Of a stretch of DNA of 64,000 nt, positions 33,904-47,282 are shown piece by piece. This stretch comes from Eledone cirrhosa (taxonomy: Eukaryota), in assembly GCA_964016885.1 (NCBI GenBank), contig OZ024755.1:15624001-15688000 (forward strand), in the 5' to 3' direction. The notes under the pieces are model-generated. The model did not search any database, had not been told where the DNA came from, and saw only the letters and a program-made list of their open reading frames with translations. The position numbers and the translations under genes are program-made. Position 1 is the stretch's first letter, and every line of letters starts with the position of its first letter.

Positions 33904-35040
33904 CTATATACTCTGTGTATATGTATATACGTGGTTGAAAATGAGAGAGGATATTTTTTGTAAAATATAAAAGTTAATCAATTAATTTTATATTTAATCA
34001 ATTAACTATAAAATTATGAAACGGTTATGAGTTACTTTTAGATGTAAGCACTTAATACGTTTGTTCCTTTTGAAAATTGTTAATCATGGTGATCGGTTGT
34101 TTCATCCAGTTAATTATGGAAATGTAATCCTATATTTTTTTTATTCAAGGAAAATCTTTAGCTTGATTATTTAAAAAAAATATATTTTAGTTTAAAAATA
34201 ATTAATATCAAAATAAATTAATAACATGTTGTATTAAACCATTACATTTTTTAATAAAAAATAAATATGGGGGTGAAGCTTAATTTTGTGGGAGGGGCAA
34301 TTATGTGACCTGGCGTACATATACTGATAAATATACTCATGCATTTGTACAGACAGTCGGAATCACTGACATCTACACATACACACACATGAACATTCAC
34401 ATAAACATCAAAGTACACGAAAACTCATTCATGCGACAGCAAGTCTAAAAGAAAGGATTAATTCATTTTTTTATATTTTAATTACTTTAACGTTAATATT
34501 TTGAATCACTTTGAAATATTTATTACAATTAGGCCCGAATTTTCCTTTTTTTTAAATGGAGTAAATTCCTTAATTTATTTGTTTGAAAGGAACGCAGTAC
34601 TTTCAGTAAAATTCAAAACAACCGTTTAACTCTTTTTTTTTTAATCATAAAACGTACATTAGGAGCTTACATCTAAAGAGATCTTATAGTCGTGACTTTA
34701 TCCCTTATTATATTTCCAAATATGTAGCTCCTTGGAAGCAGGTATGCTTGAATATTTAAGACTGTTGTTTCACAATCACCAGGTTCCAGGTTTCTACTCC
34801 ACTGCGAGTGACCTTCAGCCAGCGTCCTTTACCTTAGCTTAGAATAATTGCCAACAGTAGCTGGGGGTAAACTCTGCGATGGTCTCTGATACACGGATCG
34901 GCTAAAATGTTTATAGGCCTAATATGAAGAAGTGATGCTGTGAAACCTTGCATGTATTAATTTCAACTCTTCCTATTAATAACTGCATTGTTCTTTCCTG
35001 TGACTATGTTGAAAAATATGTATGTATGTATGTTTGTTTT

Positions 35041-35360
35041 GTGGAGAGAAAGACCCCAAGTCTTCATTAAGGCATCTCTCTAGGAGAAGGTCACTCTGCT
35101 ATAAAACTTGTGACATCATTTGCAACCAATGATGTAGAGAGGTTTCTCTGTTTGGGCAAATGCATTTGATGTTCAGAGAGTGGGAATGGTCCCGTGCGAA
35201 GTCTGTCCTTACTTAAAAAAGCTTCAAGCATTTTTTACGATGCATGGTACTGTTGGTCATAGGTAATCTCTAACAGGACTAAAAAGCCACATCTGTGATA
35301 CTCATGCTTATATATCAAGTGATGGCATTACTCGAAATCGAGTTGCAGTCATCATCATCG
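35041..35360 (+). mobile_element. Non-autonomous element with an RTE-like 5'UTR motif and (ATC)n tail
   Basis: CTAGGAGAAGGTCACTCTGCTATAAAAC...TTGCAGTCATCATCATC; aligns end to end with 50406-50745. Confidence 0.72.
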
Positions 35361-35739
35361 TGTATATATGTATCTATCTATGTATTATGTGTGTGAGTCT
35401 TATGTGTGCATGTATATTTGTGTGGATGGATTGATGAATGGATGTATGGATTGGTGTAGATATGTGCATATATGTGTATATATGCCTATGCGTATCTATG
35501 TATGCATCTGGAAGCTGGGATGCTAGTATGAAAGCAGGCAAGGGAGGTAAGCAGGGAAAGTAAGTAAAAGAAGCTAGTATGTAATTGTTACCTCACTCAT
35601 TGCTTTATAAACAACCAAAGGAACTAAAGAAAGAAGCAATTGTTGAAGGTCTTGCTTTCTGTAAGACCAATATTCTCTCTCATGTGAACCGATCAATTTT
35701 GATGGTAGCTGAGAGGTGTAGGGGGGGGGGGGGGGTAGT

Positions 35740-36022
35740 GTTTATAGTTGGTGGGTGAAATGCAGTTGTTAGTGGTAGTGGTGGTGGAGCTGTTGGTGAT
35801 GGTGGTGGTGTTGATGGTGATGGGGAAACATAGTGTTCCTGGTAGGGGGAGGGAACATAGTATTCGCTGTGTTAGTGAGGGTAGTAGTAGTGGTAATAGT
35901 ATAATAGTAGTTTGGGCAGAGGTAGTAGTAGAAGGGGTGATGGGTTAGTAGTAGTAGTAGTAGTAGTAGTTGTTGTTGTTGTAGTTTTGGTAGAGGTGAT
36001 AGAAGGGTTGGTGGTGGTCTTT

Positions 36023-36062
<40 letters not shown>

Positions 36063-37120
36063 CCACTTAGTTTTACAGCAGTCTTCTTATCGAGCTATCG
36101 TTCAATAAATTACTGAAAGTAACTGCTAATAGGTGGCATGACAGTCGATCCTTACTCAAGCAAGGTTGATGACAACATTATAGATTTTAATTTCCCTTCC
36201 ACAAGCCTACATTACAACCGCCATTCTATATATCTCGACTTCGATCACTCTTCCCTTCCTATTTCTTTCCCCTATCATGCAAGTTTTCCTATACTCATTC
36301 AGCTGTCGCTCTTTTTCTTCTTCTTCTTCTCCTCCGCCTCCTCTTCTCCTTTTCTTTACTTTTTCGTCTTCTTCATCTCCGTATCCTCCTCCCCCTTTCC
36401 TTTTCTTTCCTTCTCCTTCTTCATCTTCGTTTTCTTCTTATTCTCCTCCTCTCCTTTTCTCTCCGTCTTCGTCTTCTTCATCTCCATCTCCTCCTCCTTT
36501 TCCTCCTCCTTTTTCTTTTCCTTCTCCTTCTACGTCTCCTTCTCCTTTATGTTGGTGTCTTCTTTCCATTTTTCTTCGTTGTCTCTTTTTTCCCTTTTTC
36601 TTTTCGTTATCTTCATTCGTTTTCTTTTATATTCATATTTTCTCCTTCTTCGTCTTCTACCCATCAGCCTCTTCCATCTCCTATTTCCTTCCTTTTTCCT
36701 TCTCTTTTCTTTTCATCCTCCTCATAATCTTCATCATAATCATTAACCTTCTTACTCCTTCTCATTGACCAAGGCCACTACCACCTTCATCATATTCCAC
36801 CTCTCTCCTCTCCATCTACTTCGTCATCGTCTTTTCATCCACTGCTGTTTCTCTGCCTTCTTCTTCCAACTTCTTCACCTTCTCCTTCGTCTTCTTCCAA
36901 CTTCTTTTTCTTTTTCTTCGCTTCCTTCTTCATCATCATTGCTGTTGGTGTTGTTGCTGTTGTACATCCTCCATGTATTTTGTTGTGTATTTTTCCCTTC
37001 TATTTATGAACTTTGTACTAAATGTCTTCGCTTTATCTTCTACTTCATCTACCATCTATTCGTACATCGTCACTATCATTATTATCTCCGTCGTCATCAC
37101 CATCATCATCATCATCACCG
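35740..37120. repeat. Low-complexity blocks: (GTG)/(GTA)n, then pyrimidine-rich (TTC/TCC)n and (CAT)n
   Basis: Direct inspection. Confidence 0.85.
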
Positions 37121-37430
37121 TCCTATTCGACTCTGCTACAGTCGTTGTTCGGTCAGTCGGCTGGTTGCTCGGTCGGTCAATCACCCTGCCTGTCTCGTCA
37201 TACTGCAATAGGCATATACATCACTAGCTCCACCCGTTTCACATTAACTCAATGTATTTTTATGTTACTATTCCATTGCTGTTTTCTGTCATTAGAAATC
37301 AACGCAGCTGGAGCAATGATCTTACATGTTTCACTCAATTATACCACCACCACCACCACCCATTACATAATTCAGCCTGATACTTATTTTTATTGATTTC
37401 TCTTTATGGGATATTTGTTTATTTTGGCAT

Positions 37431-37575
37431 AAGGCAGTGAATTGACTGTCGATAGGACATCGAAATAAATGTCTCGTTATTCGTTCCGGTTCACTGTTTT
37501 CTGAGTTCAAATTACCACCACATCAAATTGCCTTTGATTCTTTCGAGGTCGATAAATAAAGTACCAGTCTAGTAT
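37431..37575 (+). mobile_element. SINE family 1-related, diverged
   Basis: CTGAGTTCAAAT...TTGCCTTT...GGTCGATAAATAAAGTACCAGT. Confidence 0.7.
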
Positions 37576-38126
37576 GTGTCTAGATTCTTTCTTTCTTTCT
37601 CTCTCTCTCCACAAATAATTGTGTGAGTGTTGGGAGTGTTGGGGATGATAGAGTTGGTGGTGCTGAGGGTTGTGTTGAGGATGGTAGTGTTGGGGTTGGT
37701 GGAGCTGGAGATGTTAGAGTTGGTGATGGTGATGTTGGTGATAGTTGTTTGGAAAATGTTGGTACTGAAGAGGGTAGTGTTTGTGATGGTAGTGTTTCTG
37801 ATGGAAGTATTAGTGATGGTAGTTTTGGTGATGGTGATGTTGATAATATTAGTGATGAAAGTATTGCAAATGGTGGTGTTGGTGATGGTAGGGTTACATA
37901 TTACTTCTAATCTGGGGAGAATCCTTTGATGATCTTAAATTCCTTCTGATTCACAAGAGATCGTTTCATTCCCCAACTATCAAAGCTGACGTTAATGTCA
38001 GAGATTGTCATGACTGCAGTTTTTAATTTCTCCATTTCATAGTTTAGAAGGAAGTAGGTCAATTATCCTGTGGGAACGCCAGGTACTAAAATATGGTATC
38101 TTATTTAAAATATGTCACCGAACATT

Positions 38127-38169
<43 letters not shown>

Positions 38170-38186
38170 CCGTGTGTGAGTGAATG

Positions 38187-38225
<39 letters not shown>

Positions 38226-38420
38226 GCAAAAGTCTATAGTTTTGACTAAACAAGATGCTTGGAAGTTCATACGTATTTTCTTGATATTTATGTTGAAATG
38301 TGCTAATGATTGTTTCTGTATGACATGAATATGCTTCATCTTCATTAACTAACGAATTGAGTACATTTTTAATAGTGGCTTCTCTCCAATTCCATTCCCC
38401 TTCGGAAAACATCCCTTAGT

Positions 38421-38463
<43 letters not shown>

Positions 38464-38777
38464 GGCGTACGATCGTGTGGGGGGAGAGGAAGCATTGTGT
38501 AACATGGGGAGAATTAAAGACTGACTCACATCGGGAGGATTAGACAGGGTGTCTTTCGTTCTGCGGACGTCTTTCTCGTGAACAACTGCTTAACCATGCA
38601 AAATATCTAATTAGGCAAAATCATAATGTTGTTATTCATGTACTTTACTTAGTAACCTTGGTTACGAACTTCCTCCGTTTATTTAATGTTGAGAAAAGAT
38701 GACAGACGCATAATCAGTAGCCTCTGATGTATTGAACTACAACATCTATATGCTTAACGATGTATGTCTCCCTTAAT

Positions 38778-38815
<38 letters not shown>

Positions 38816-38820
38816 TTATA

Positions 38821-38912
38821 TAGTAATAATAATAAATTTGAAGACTAAAATCCAAAGAGGGCTCGATAAGGATATATCAAATATATAAGAACCGTAGAGC
38901 AAATATTTATTA
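38821..38912 (-). mobile_element. TA-embedded element family B tail
   Basis: TAGTAATAATAATAAATTTGAAGACTAAAATCCAAAGAGGGCTCGATAAGGATA is near-identical to the copies at 32560 and 63030. Confidence 0.85.
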
Positions 38913-38998
38913 AAGAAGTGTGTATGTTTGTAAGTGTGAGTGTACCAGTGTAGTTATGTACAAGTCTGAAGAACATATGTGTATATATATATATATAT

Positions 38999-39065
<67 letters not shown>

Positions 39066-39130
39066 TATATATATATAAGCAAAAGGGATATTCAATTTAT
39101 TAGTAATTCAACAAATATAAATGTTTATAA

Positions 39131-39230
<100 letters not shown>

Positions 39231-39324
39231 CAAGTGTTTATATATACATTTATAGATACAGTCACGATTAGATAATCGTATTTTTGTGCTTTTTCGTATA
39301 TTTGAAGTCTTATATATATTTCTC

Positions 39325-39373
<49 letters not shown>

Positions 39374-39487
39374 GGTGTAGGAAATAAGAGGAAATGAAAG
39401 CTGAATGCGTGTATCAGCTTTCGTAGATAAGAAAAAACATCAACGGACTGTTCTGCATGTGTGTGTATATATATATGTGTGTATGTA

Positions 39488-39562
<75 letters not shown>

Positions 39563-40050
39563 GTACATGTTGAATTAACCCCTCCCCCTATAAACCGCTC
39601 ATGGGCATTCTCCAGTGCTGTACTTTAACGTACATTCAGTAGAGTACACTATTATACATGTATATTTTAAACAATCCAGATTTAGTAAAACAAATCTATT
39701 TAAAATTTATCAAGAATTATTTTAAATGTTCCAATAAATAATTTGTAATCCTTTAGACAAGTAAATAAGACAAAACTGCAACAAATACATTATTATTTTG
39801 TTTTTAAATGATTTTATACATGATAATACACTATATTATTTTATGTTGTTAATTTTAGCATTTATTTAAATGCGATTTTATGTTTTTATTATTATCTATA
39901 TTCTGTAATGTTGTTGGCATACTGATGTAAAACTGAATCAGTTGCCATAACACGAAGATTTTTATTTGTCATATACTATTAAGAAAAACCGTGACTACAG
40001 TTTTAAAAGATACTCAATACATTAGTAGAGTATAGACATTTTCGTATTTC

Positions 40051-40152
40051 ATATAGAAATGACTTTTTACAGGACCGCTTCATTCATATAAAGTCATCAG
40101 GAAATTCCTGATGATTTTATAGTAATGAAACAGTTCTAGTCCTGTGGAAGTC

Positions 40153-40160
<8 letters not shown>
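40051..40160. repeat. Imperfect ~110-bp palindrome with CTGATGA on both strands
   Basis: Centred on CATCAGGAAATTCCTGATG with arms AAATGACTT...AAGTCATTT. The plus arm reads CTGATGA...GAAAC...GTC. Confidence 0.65.
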
Positions 40161-40184
<24 letters not shown>

Positions 40185-40186
<2 letters not shown>

Positions 40187-40789
40187 TTAACTAGCAACTA
40201 CGCAGTCATCCTATACTCCATATATTTTATCATGTTTCGCTGTGACCCGTCTTCTCTCTCCCTCTCTATTTCGTTACTACCTATTCTTCCCTCTCTTTCT
40301 TCCTCTCCCTTTCTCCCCCTCAGTTTCACTCACCCTCTCTCTTCCTGCCACCTCATTGTTTCCCTCGCCTGACCTTCTAACAGTCCTTTTCTCACTTACA
40401 CTCGCTTGGGTCAGTCGTGTCTTTTAGTTCGATCACACGCTTTCGAACTTAAGTTCCGTAACCGCTGTGAGCTTGGATTCTCTTGCCTTCAGTTGCTTGC
40501 ACATTCTTTGGTTTGTTGTTGTTTTTTCGGTGTTTTCTCTTTTCTTCCCTTTTTCCCCTTTCCCCTTCTATTTTCCTTCTCTCCCTCCTCCGTTTTCCCA
40601 ATAACTTACCCGTTATTGAACGCTTTGGGAGTAGATATAGTGTCTTCAAAGCGTTGAAATATCCGAGACCCCCAGTAGACAACTGATGAGATAAATACCC
40701 CCCCCCCTCCACCCGGTTCTTGCTTTCTTCTTATTCTCATTCTATTTTTAAGCTTAACTTAACTAGCAACTACACAGTCATCCTATTCT

Positions 40790-40797
<8 letters not shown>
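40185..40797. mobile_element. 572-bp unit with a ~40-bp terminal direct repeat between (TA)n tracts
   Basis: ACTTAACTAGCAACTACRCAGTCATCCTATWCTCCATATAT occurs at 40185 and 40757. Confidence 0.6.
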
Positions 40798-40859
<62 letters not shown>

Positions 40860-40892
40860 TAGACAATTATCAAAGTTGTGTTCAAATCATTT

Positions 40893-40945
40893 AATAGCTG
40901 ACAATCGTTTCTTCCAAACTCTCGTTTGGAATCATCGGACCATTA
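40893..40945 (-). ncRNA. Minimal type I hammerhead ribozyme (CCGAUGA variant), left arm
   Basis: Minus strand: CCGAUGA UUCCAAAC GAGA GUUUGGAA GAAAC GAUU GUC AGCU, with a perfect 8-bp stem II. Confidence 0.72.
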
Positions 40946-41187
40946 TCAATGTTTGTATATATAATTAACCTCCTATTCAACAGAATAATAATATATATAC
41001 ATATATATTGATGTTGTGAGCAACAGTTTCGTATTTACAGGGTGGAATGGATGTGACAATTCTCGTAAAATATATGTCACATCCATTCCACCCTGTAAAT
41101 ACGAAACTGTTGCTCACAACATCAATATATATGTATCTATATTATTTTTCAGTTGAATAGGAGGTTCATTATATGTACAAACATTGA

Positions 41188-41240
41188 TAATGCTCCGATG
41201 ACTCCAAACGAGAGTTTGGAAGAAACGATTGTCAGTTATT
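41188..41240 (+). ncRNA. Minimal type I hammerhead ribozyme (CCGAUGA variant), right arm
   Basis: GCU CCGAUGA CUCCAAAC GAGA GUUUGGAA GAAAC GAUU GUC AGU. Confidence 0.72.
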
Positions 41241-41411
41241 AAATGATTTGAACACAACTTTGATAATTGTCTAATTTATTTATTTTCCTGCTCTGTAAAA
41301 CAACTGATGTTCTTACATTGAGCTATTTCTCTTACTGGTAATAAGGTAGTAGGAAATTACTGACCTTTCCTGTTTATAGTTGTTTATAGTATATACATAA
41401 TTATAAATAGT

Positions 41412-41513
<102 letters not shown>

Positions 41514-41666
41514 ATATATAATATGGAAATAATTATAATGATTAAACGATATATGTAACCTCAGCATCTTATTTTGTTATTTTTATAAAATTCTCCATCG
41601 TAAAACAACGATTGTTGAGAGCTTTCTCCTGCTTACTCCTGTTTTTACCAAAACAATCTTTTCCGA

Positions 41667-42695
<1,029 letters not shown>

Positions 42696-42720
42696 ATAGT
42701 AGTTGTAGTAGTAAAGGTGC

Positions 42721-43026
42721 AATTGGGTTGCAGTCACAGACGTTATACTAAGATGAGTACTCGGTGCTATTGGAGAGCAGGGTATCGATAATGATAATTA
42801 GGGATCAAAGAATCAGTATTGTATCATATATATATTTAATCACATATTTCATATATTTTACTGCCGATCAGCTCGAAGGACGAGTCTACATGTGAGAACA
42901 CATATCTGGGGAGTTTTCGATTCCAGAGTCATGAACGAACATAATCGAGCGTTCCTCGAGTTGATCGGCAGGGAAACATATATAATGTGTGATTAAACAT
43001 GTATATGATGCAATACTGATTCGTTG

Positions 43027-43027
<1 letters not shown>
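42721..43027. mobile_element. Fold-back HHR element family C, copy 2
   Basis: 42806-42882 is an imperfect inverted copy of 42950-43026. The tail, containing ATGAGTACTCGGTGC, is homologous to 12710-12789. Confidence 0.68.
42899..42991 (+). ncRNA. Degenerate type I hammerhead ribozyme with long stem II
   Basis: CACAUAU - CUGGGGA - ~60 nt - GAAAC AUAU AUA - AUGUGUG; 7-bp stem I. Confidence 0.55.
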
Positions 43028-43087
<60 letters not shown>

Positions 43088-43096
<9 letters not shown>

Positions 43097-43660
43097 AAGG
43101 TTTAGCAAATAATGAAAAAGTTTCAAAATAAATTTTAAAAAATTGACTTTACCTACTATAGTTACCTTTACCGATCGGTTTCGAATCCCAAAAATAAACG
43201 GAGACCATACGGCCTTCGTTGCAAAGAAAGATTCTCGTCAGAAGGTTCTTTTCATTCGAAGAATATAAAATTCTTGAATTTAAATTACGAACTAGCGCTA
43301 TCCAAAACTGTTCCCGAGATGAGAGTGAATGAAGTGGAATCAATTTTTTCAAGGGCCGAAGTAAAGATAGAGGCAGAGGGAGGTAGGTCAAATCGGCCGC
43401 CACTATCACTAGCAGCAGTCGGAACGACCAAATTTTTTTCTCAACATAGAGGAGAATAGTAAATATAGGATATGTGTTCCTTCACGCACAAGGCGCTAAG
43501 GGACGCATGTATTGTCCAACGAAATGCCAATGTGGTTCAATGGCAGGTTAATAAATTAACGAGCCAGAACATATATAAACAAGGTTTAGCAAATAATGAA
43601 AAAGTTTCAAAATAAATACATGCGTCCCTTAGCGCCTTGTGCGTGAAGGAACACATATCC

Positions 43661-43663
<3 letters not shown>
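43088..43663 (-). mobile_element. Terminally redundant 484-bp HHR unit (family E) with an inverted 49-bp end
   Basis: Direct repeat at 43088-43133 and 43572-43617; inverted repeat at ~43465-43512 and 43615-43663; flanked by (TA)n; no credible ORF. Confidence 0.8.
43164..43246 (-). ncRNA. Type I hammerhead ribozyme, fully canonical core
   Basis: Minus strand: ACCUU CUGACGA GAAUC...GAUUC GAAAC CGAUCG GUA AAGGU. Stem I and the stem II base each have 5 bp, and stem III (ACCGAUCGGU) is palindromic. Confidence 0.88.
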
Positions 43664-43704
<41 letters not shown>

Positions 43705-45108
43705 AATGTGTTGTCGTGTATTACAGAGGTATAAAAGTTAAAATTGATTTGTAGATGAATAATTATTATTGTAAATAGTTAGATATGATAATAGAAAACA
43801 CGAAGAAAAATATAACTGAAATTCCATACTATTAAGAATATATTTTAATTCTATTGAGTAAAAAATAAGTCAAGTAGAAGAATAGAACTACCGAACACCA
43901 AATTCAAGGATGCTTGAAACTCAACGTACTAAATCGACCTCTTCTTACGCCTAATAAAAGTAGTAAACCAAACAACTATTGTCAATAAATATCAAATAAT
44001 GGTATAAAGTAGATAGTTTTATACCGATAGACACAAATAAATGTACCGAAATGATAAACAAATAAACCCTGGGCTAGAAGAAACAACATAACATAACAGT
44101 TGAATGTCGTATGCAAACACGCAGTGAAGCAACATACGAATATTTCTGTCTGCCTGTGAGGATGTATGAGTGTGTATTCTTCCTTTACCTATTAATGCAT
44201 ACATATGTAAACATGAATATACATATGTATATATACCAACGAAGACTGATCTCTACAGTGTGGTTAAACCTGCGAGAAATAGCAGCCAAATCGTCCTCAA
44301 TTTATTCATTCGTCCCTCTAGGCGTGAAAGAGTTGCCAAAACCTAGTAAATTTATCTTATTATTCTAAAATAATAATTAATATTGATAAAGTCATAGGAG
44401 TTCTAGAACTGGGAAGTGGGAAGGGAAAAGAAGTGTTGTTTTTCTTTTTATTAATATAACTTCGTCACCCTATTAATCAACTACATCATTTTAAAAAAAG
44501 AATCACGCCCCAAAACACTATCTCTGCAAAATTGTATTTCTTTTAAAATATATATTACTAAGAATAGAAACATATTTGAACAAACTTTCAAGATGAGGCG
44601 AGCACTAGATTTTAATTATGTCGGTAAATTTTAATCGTTACACTCGTGAACAAGAAAGGGGTTTTAGACATATTGCTTGAGAAAACTACCTTGTTTCTCT
44701 AAGACAGGTTTTATATAATTTTTCCTTAAAGAAAGGGGGCACTAGGGCTTAGTTTCGTGATAGTGCTTATATTTTTACACAAACAATAACAGCACAAGAG
44801 TTTTGATAAAAAATATCATTATACTAATGTCAAAAATAAAGGATATATATTATAGAGTTAAAAACTATGTCGTTAAGAATTTAGAGTACCACACTGCAAA
44901 CAGCATTAATTATGGAATGAAATCGGGAATATAACTAATTTTGTTAACAGTTTAATTAAACCAAGAATTACTCTTCAAATAATCTTAACTATGGAACAAA
45001 ATCCAGGACATAAATAAGTTAGAGTACCACACTGTAATCAGCCATAACTATGGAATCTATCTATAATAGATAGATAGATAATCTGACAGACAATCAAACA
45101 GTCAGATG

Positions 45109-45175
<67 letters not shown>

Positions 45176-45178
45176 GAT
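45109..45178. repeat. (GATA)n microsatellite
   Basis: Direct inspection. Confidence 0.95.
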
Positions 45179-46262
45179 AAACATATATTCATTATTAATA
45201 TATTTCTTACATTTCATTTTTTTAAAACAGTAGAAAACTGTAGGAGAGCGTATGTGTGTTATATATATGTTATGTTGATGTTTTGAAAAGCGATTTCAAA
45301 GGCAGTTTAAATGTCACGATTGTTGCAAACATTTAGATAAAAAATGAACGAAAATATTTTTGATTGCCAACAATTTCCTCAACAAAGAACTTCTAAATAC
45401 ACCATAATTACATCTCTAATAGTCCTACACTGTTAATTGTGGTCTTTCTGTCGCCATTCCTGTAGTGGTAGATAAACACCAGCCAATCGTTAGACAAGTA
45501 GAGACAATAAATATATACGGTTTTAATGAAACTGATGGTGAAAGAAGTGTTGACGACAGCTGCGGAGATGTCATGATGATATTTGCTGTTGTTGCTATTG
45601 TTGTTTTTGTTGCTGGTTGAGATCTCGTGGTAATGGGGGTGGTTTCAATGCTGGGAGTTTGATGGTGGAGGTTAGACTAAGGTAGCAATGGCGCGGTGAT
45701 GACATCACTGTTTAAAATTATATCTACAGCAAATGCATTGATAATTAGTGGGATGATAATGATGCTCATAATGATGTGTATGTGTGTGGGGTTTTTTTCT
45801 CCATTGAATATATATTGTACGAATGTGCGTGTTTAAATATAGTTATACATTATACATAAAGACGTGCATACATCCATGCAGGCACACATATACTGCGTGT
45901 AAAATTATGGCAATGACATTACATGTGGGTGTCTGTATATATGTCTGCATGTATGTACATATATAATTAGTGAATAAATAAAGGTCTACACTGTATCTCT
46001 GTGTTTCTGTGTATATGTGCACACGTACATTTTAACAAAGTCTATACATATTGGTGTGGATTATATATGCGTGTGTCTGCATATATGTGTGCATGTGTAC
46101 ATATACTGAGTATATAGGTGTAGGTAAGCATTATATCAATGGGTGTCTGCTTATACATATATATATATATGTGGGGGGGGGGTACGAAAAGGATTACTGA
46201 AAACATAAGCCGAAACTGCTTGGCGCCGCGGTCGGGATGTTACAGCTCTCTCTCTCTCTCTC

Positions 46263-46297
<35 letters not shown>

Positions 46298-46485
46298 GCG
46301 CGCGTGTGTGTGTGTTATGTTGTGTGTATGTCGAAAAGATGCTGAAATGGAAACAAGTAAGTGTTTTGTAGTTTTTAGATTATTCATAAACAGCAATTCT
46401 AATGAACCTCCCTCAGGCTGAGTTGAGATAAAGTTAGTCACTGATCTCAATCAAAGCGTAGGTAATTAGGCCATCACCTAGATCA

Positions 46486-46560
46486 GGGTTTCCTAATCTT
46501 CATCGTCGTGTTTACCCAGTGGCAACGTTTTCGAAAGTAAATTTACTCCCACCTTATTAT
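46486..46560 (+). mobile_element. Possible hAT-Charlie terminus
   Basis: CAGGGTTTCCTAATCTT is preceded by ACCTAGAT, resembling a Charlie TIR and NTCTAGAN-type target. The other end was not found. Confidence 0.35.
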
Positions 46561-47213
46561 TGTTTAATAATCTCAGTTTACGTTTCTACAATGATACAAC
46601 AACCGAGAAAGAAATGTTTTAAAATACAGACGAATGGAGAAAATGATTGACAATTGTTCAACAATGTTGATATTTTCTTTCTATTTTGTCATTCATTTCT
46701 TGAAAGAGTTATTTTTCCCTGAATCAGACCACTACATTGATAACACAGTAATTAAAAAATGATACAATACAGATCGTTATTTCTAATACAGTAGAAAGAA
46801 ATTAAATTTATTTTGGTAAGCAAAATAGCCTACTTCAAATTTACTTCTCGACGTCAGATCGCTTTTAAATATAAGATAAAACGGTAAATTTACCATAGTT
46901 TTGGGAATCCTAATATAGATTGTGAATATTTTAAAGACAACGGGATGTCTGCACAGAATAATAATGTTGTTATATCGGTCTCTGAAAAAGGCACTAACCA
47001 ACAGATTTTAGGAGATTGTGTGTAGTGAATGTGTATAGAGGACCATAGCAAGCCGAACACTTGCGATTCCCGAAAGTAAATAGTTAACCTCTGTGGGAAA
47101 TGGACTCACGGTTGCAACTAAAGTCCCATAGAGTAATACTTCCGCGACTATACCGTTTACGTCAATCCACCTCGCGTATGTTTTGCTAATTTGTTGCGGA
47201 ACTAACTTTAAAT

Positions 47214-47281
<68 letters not shown>

Positions 47282-47282
<1 letters not shown>

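Noticed and set aside
37900-38412. Minus-strand peptides (GVPTG; MFSEGEWNWREATIK) as RT or exon
   Set aside because: The similarity is too short and is interrupted by stops and (TA)n.
44881-45056. 38-bp imperfect direct repeat TTAGAGTACCACACTG
   Set aside because: Only two copies with no associated structure; an ordinary local duplication.
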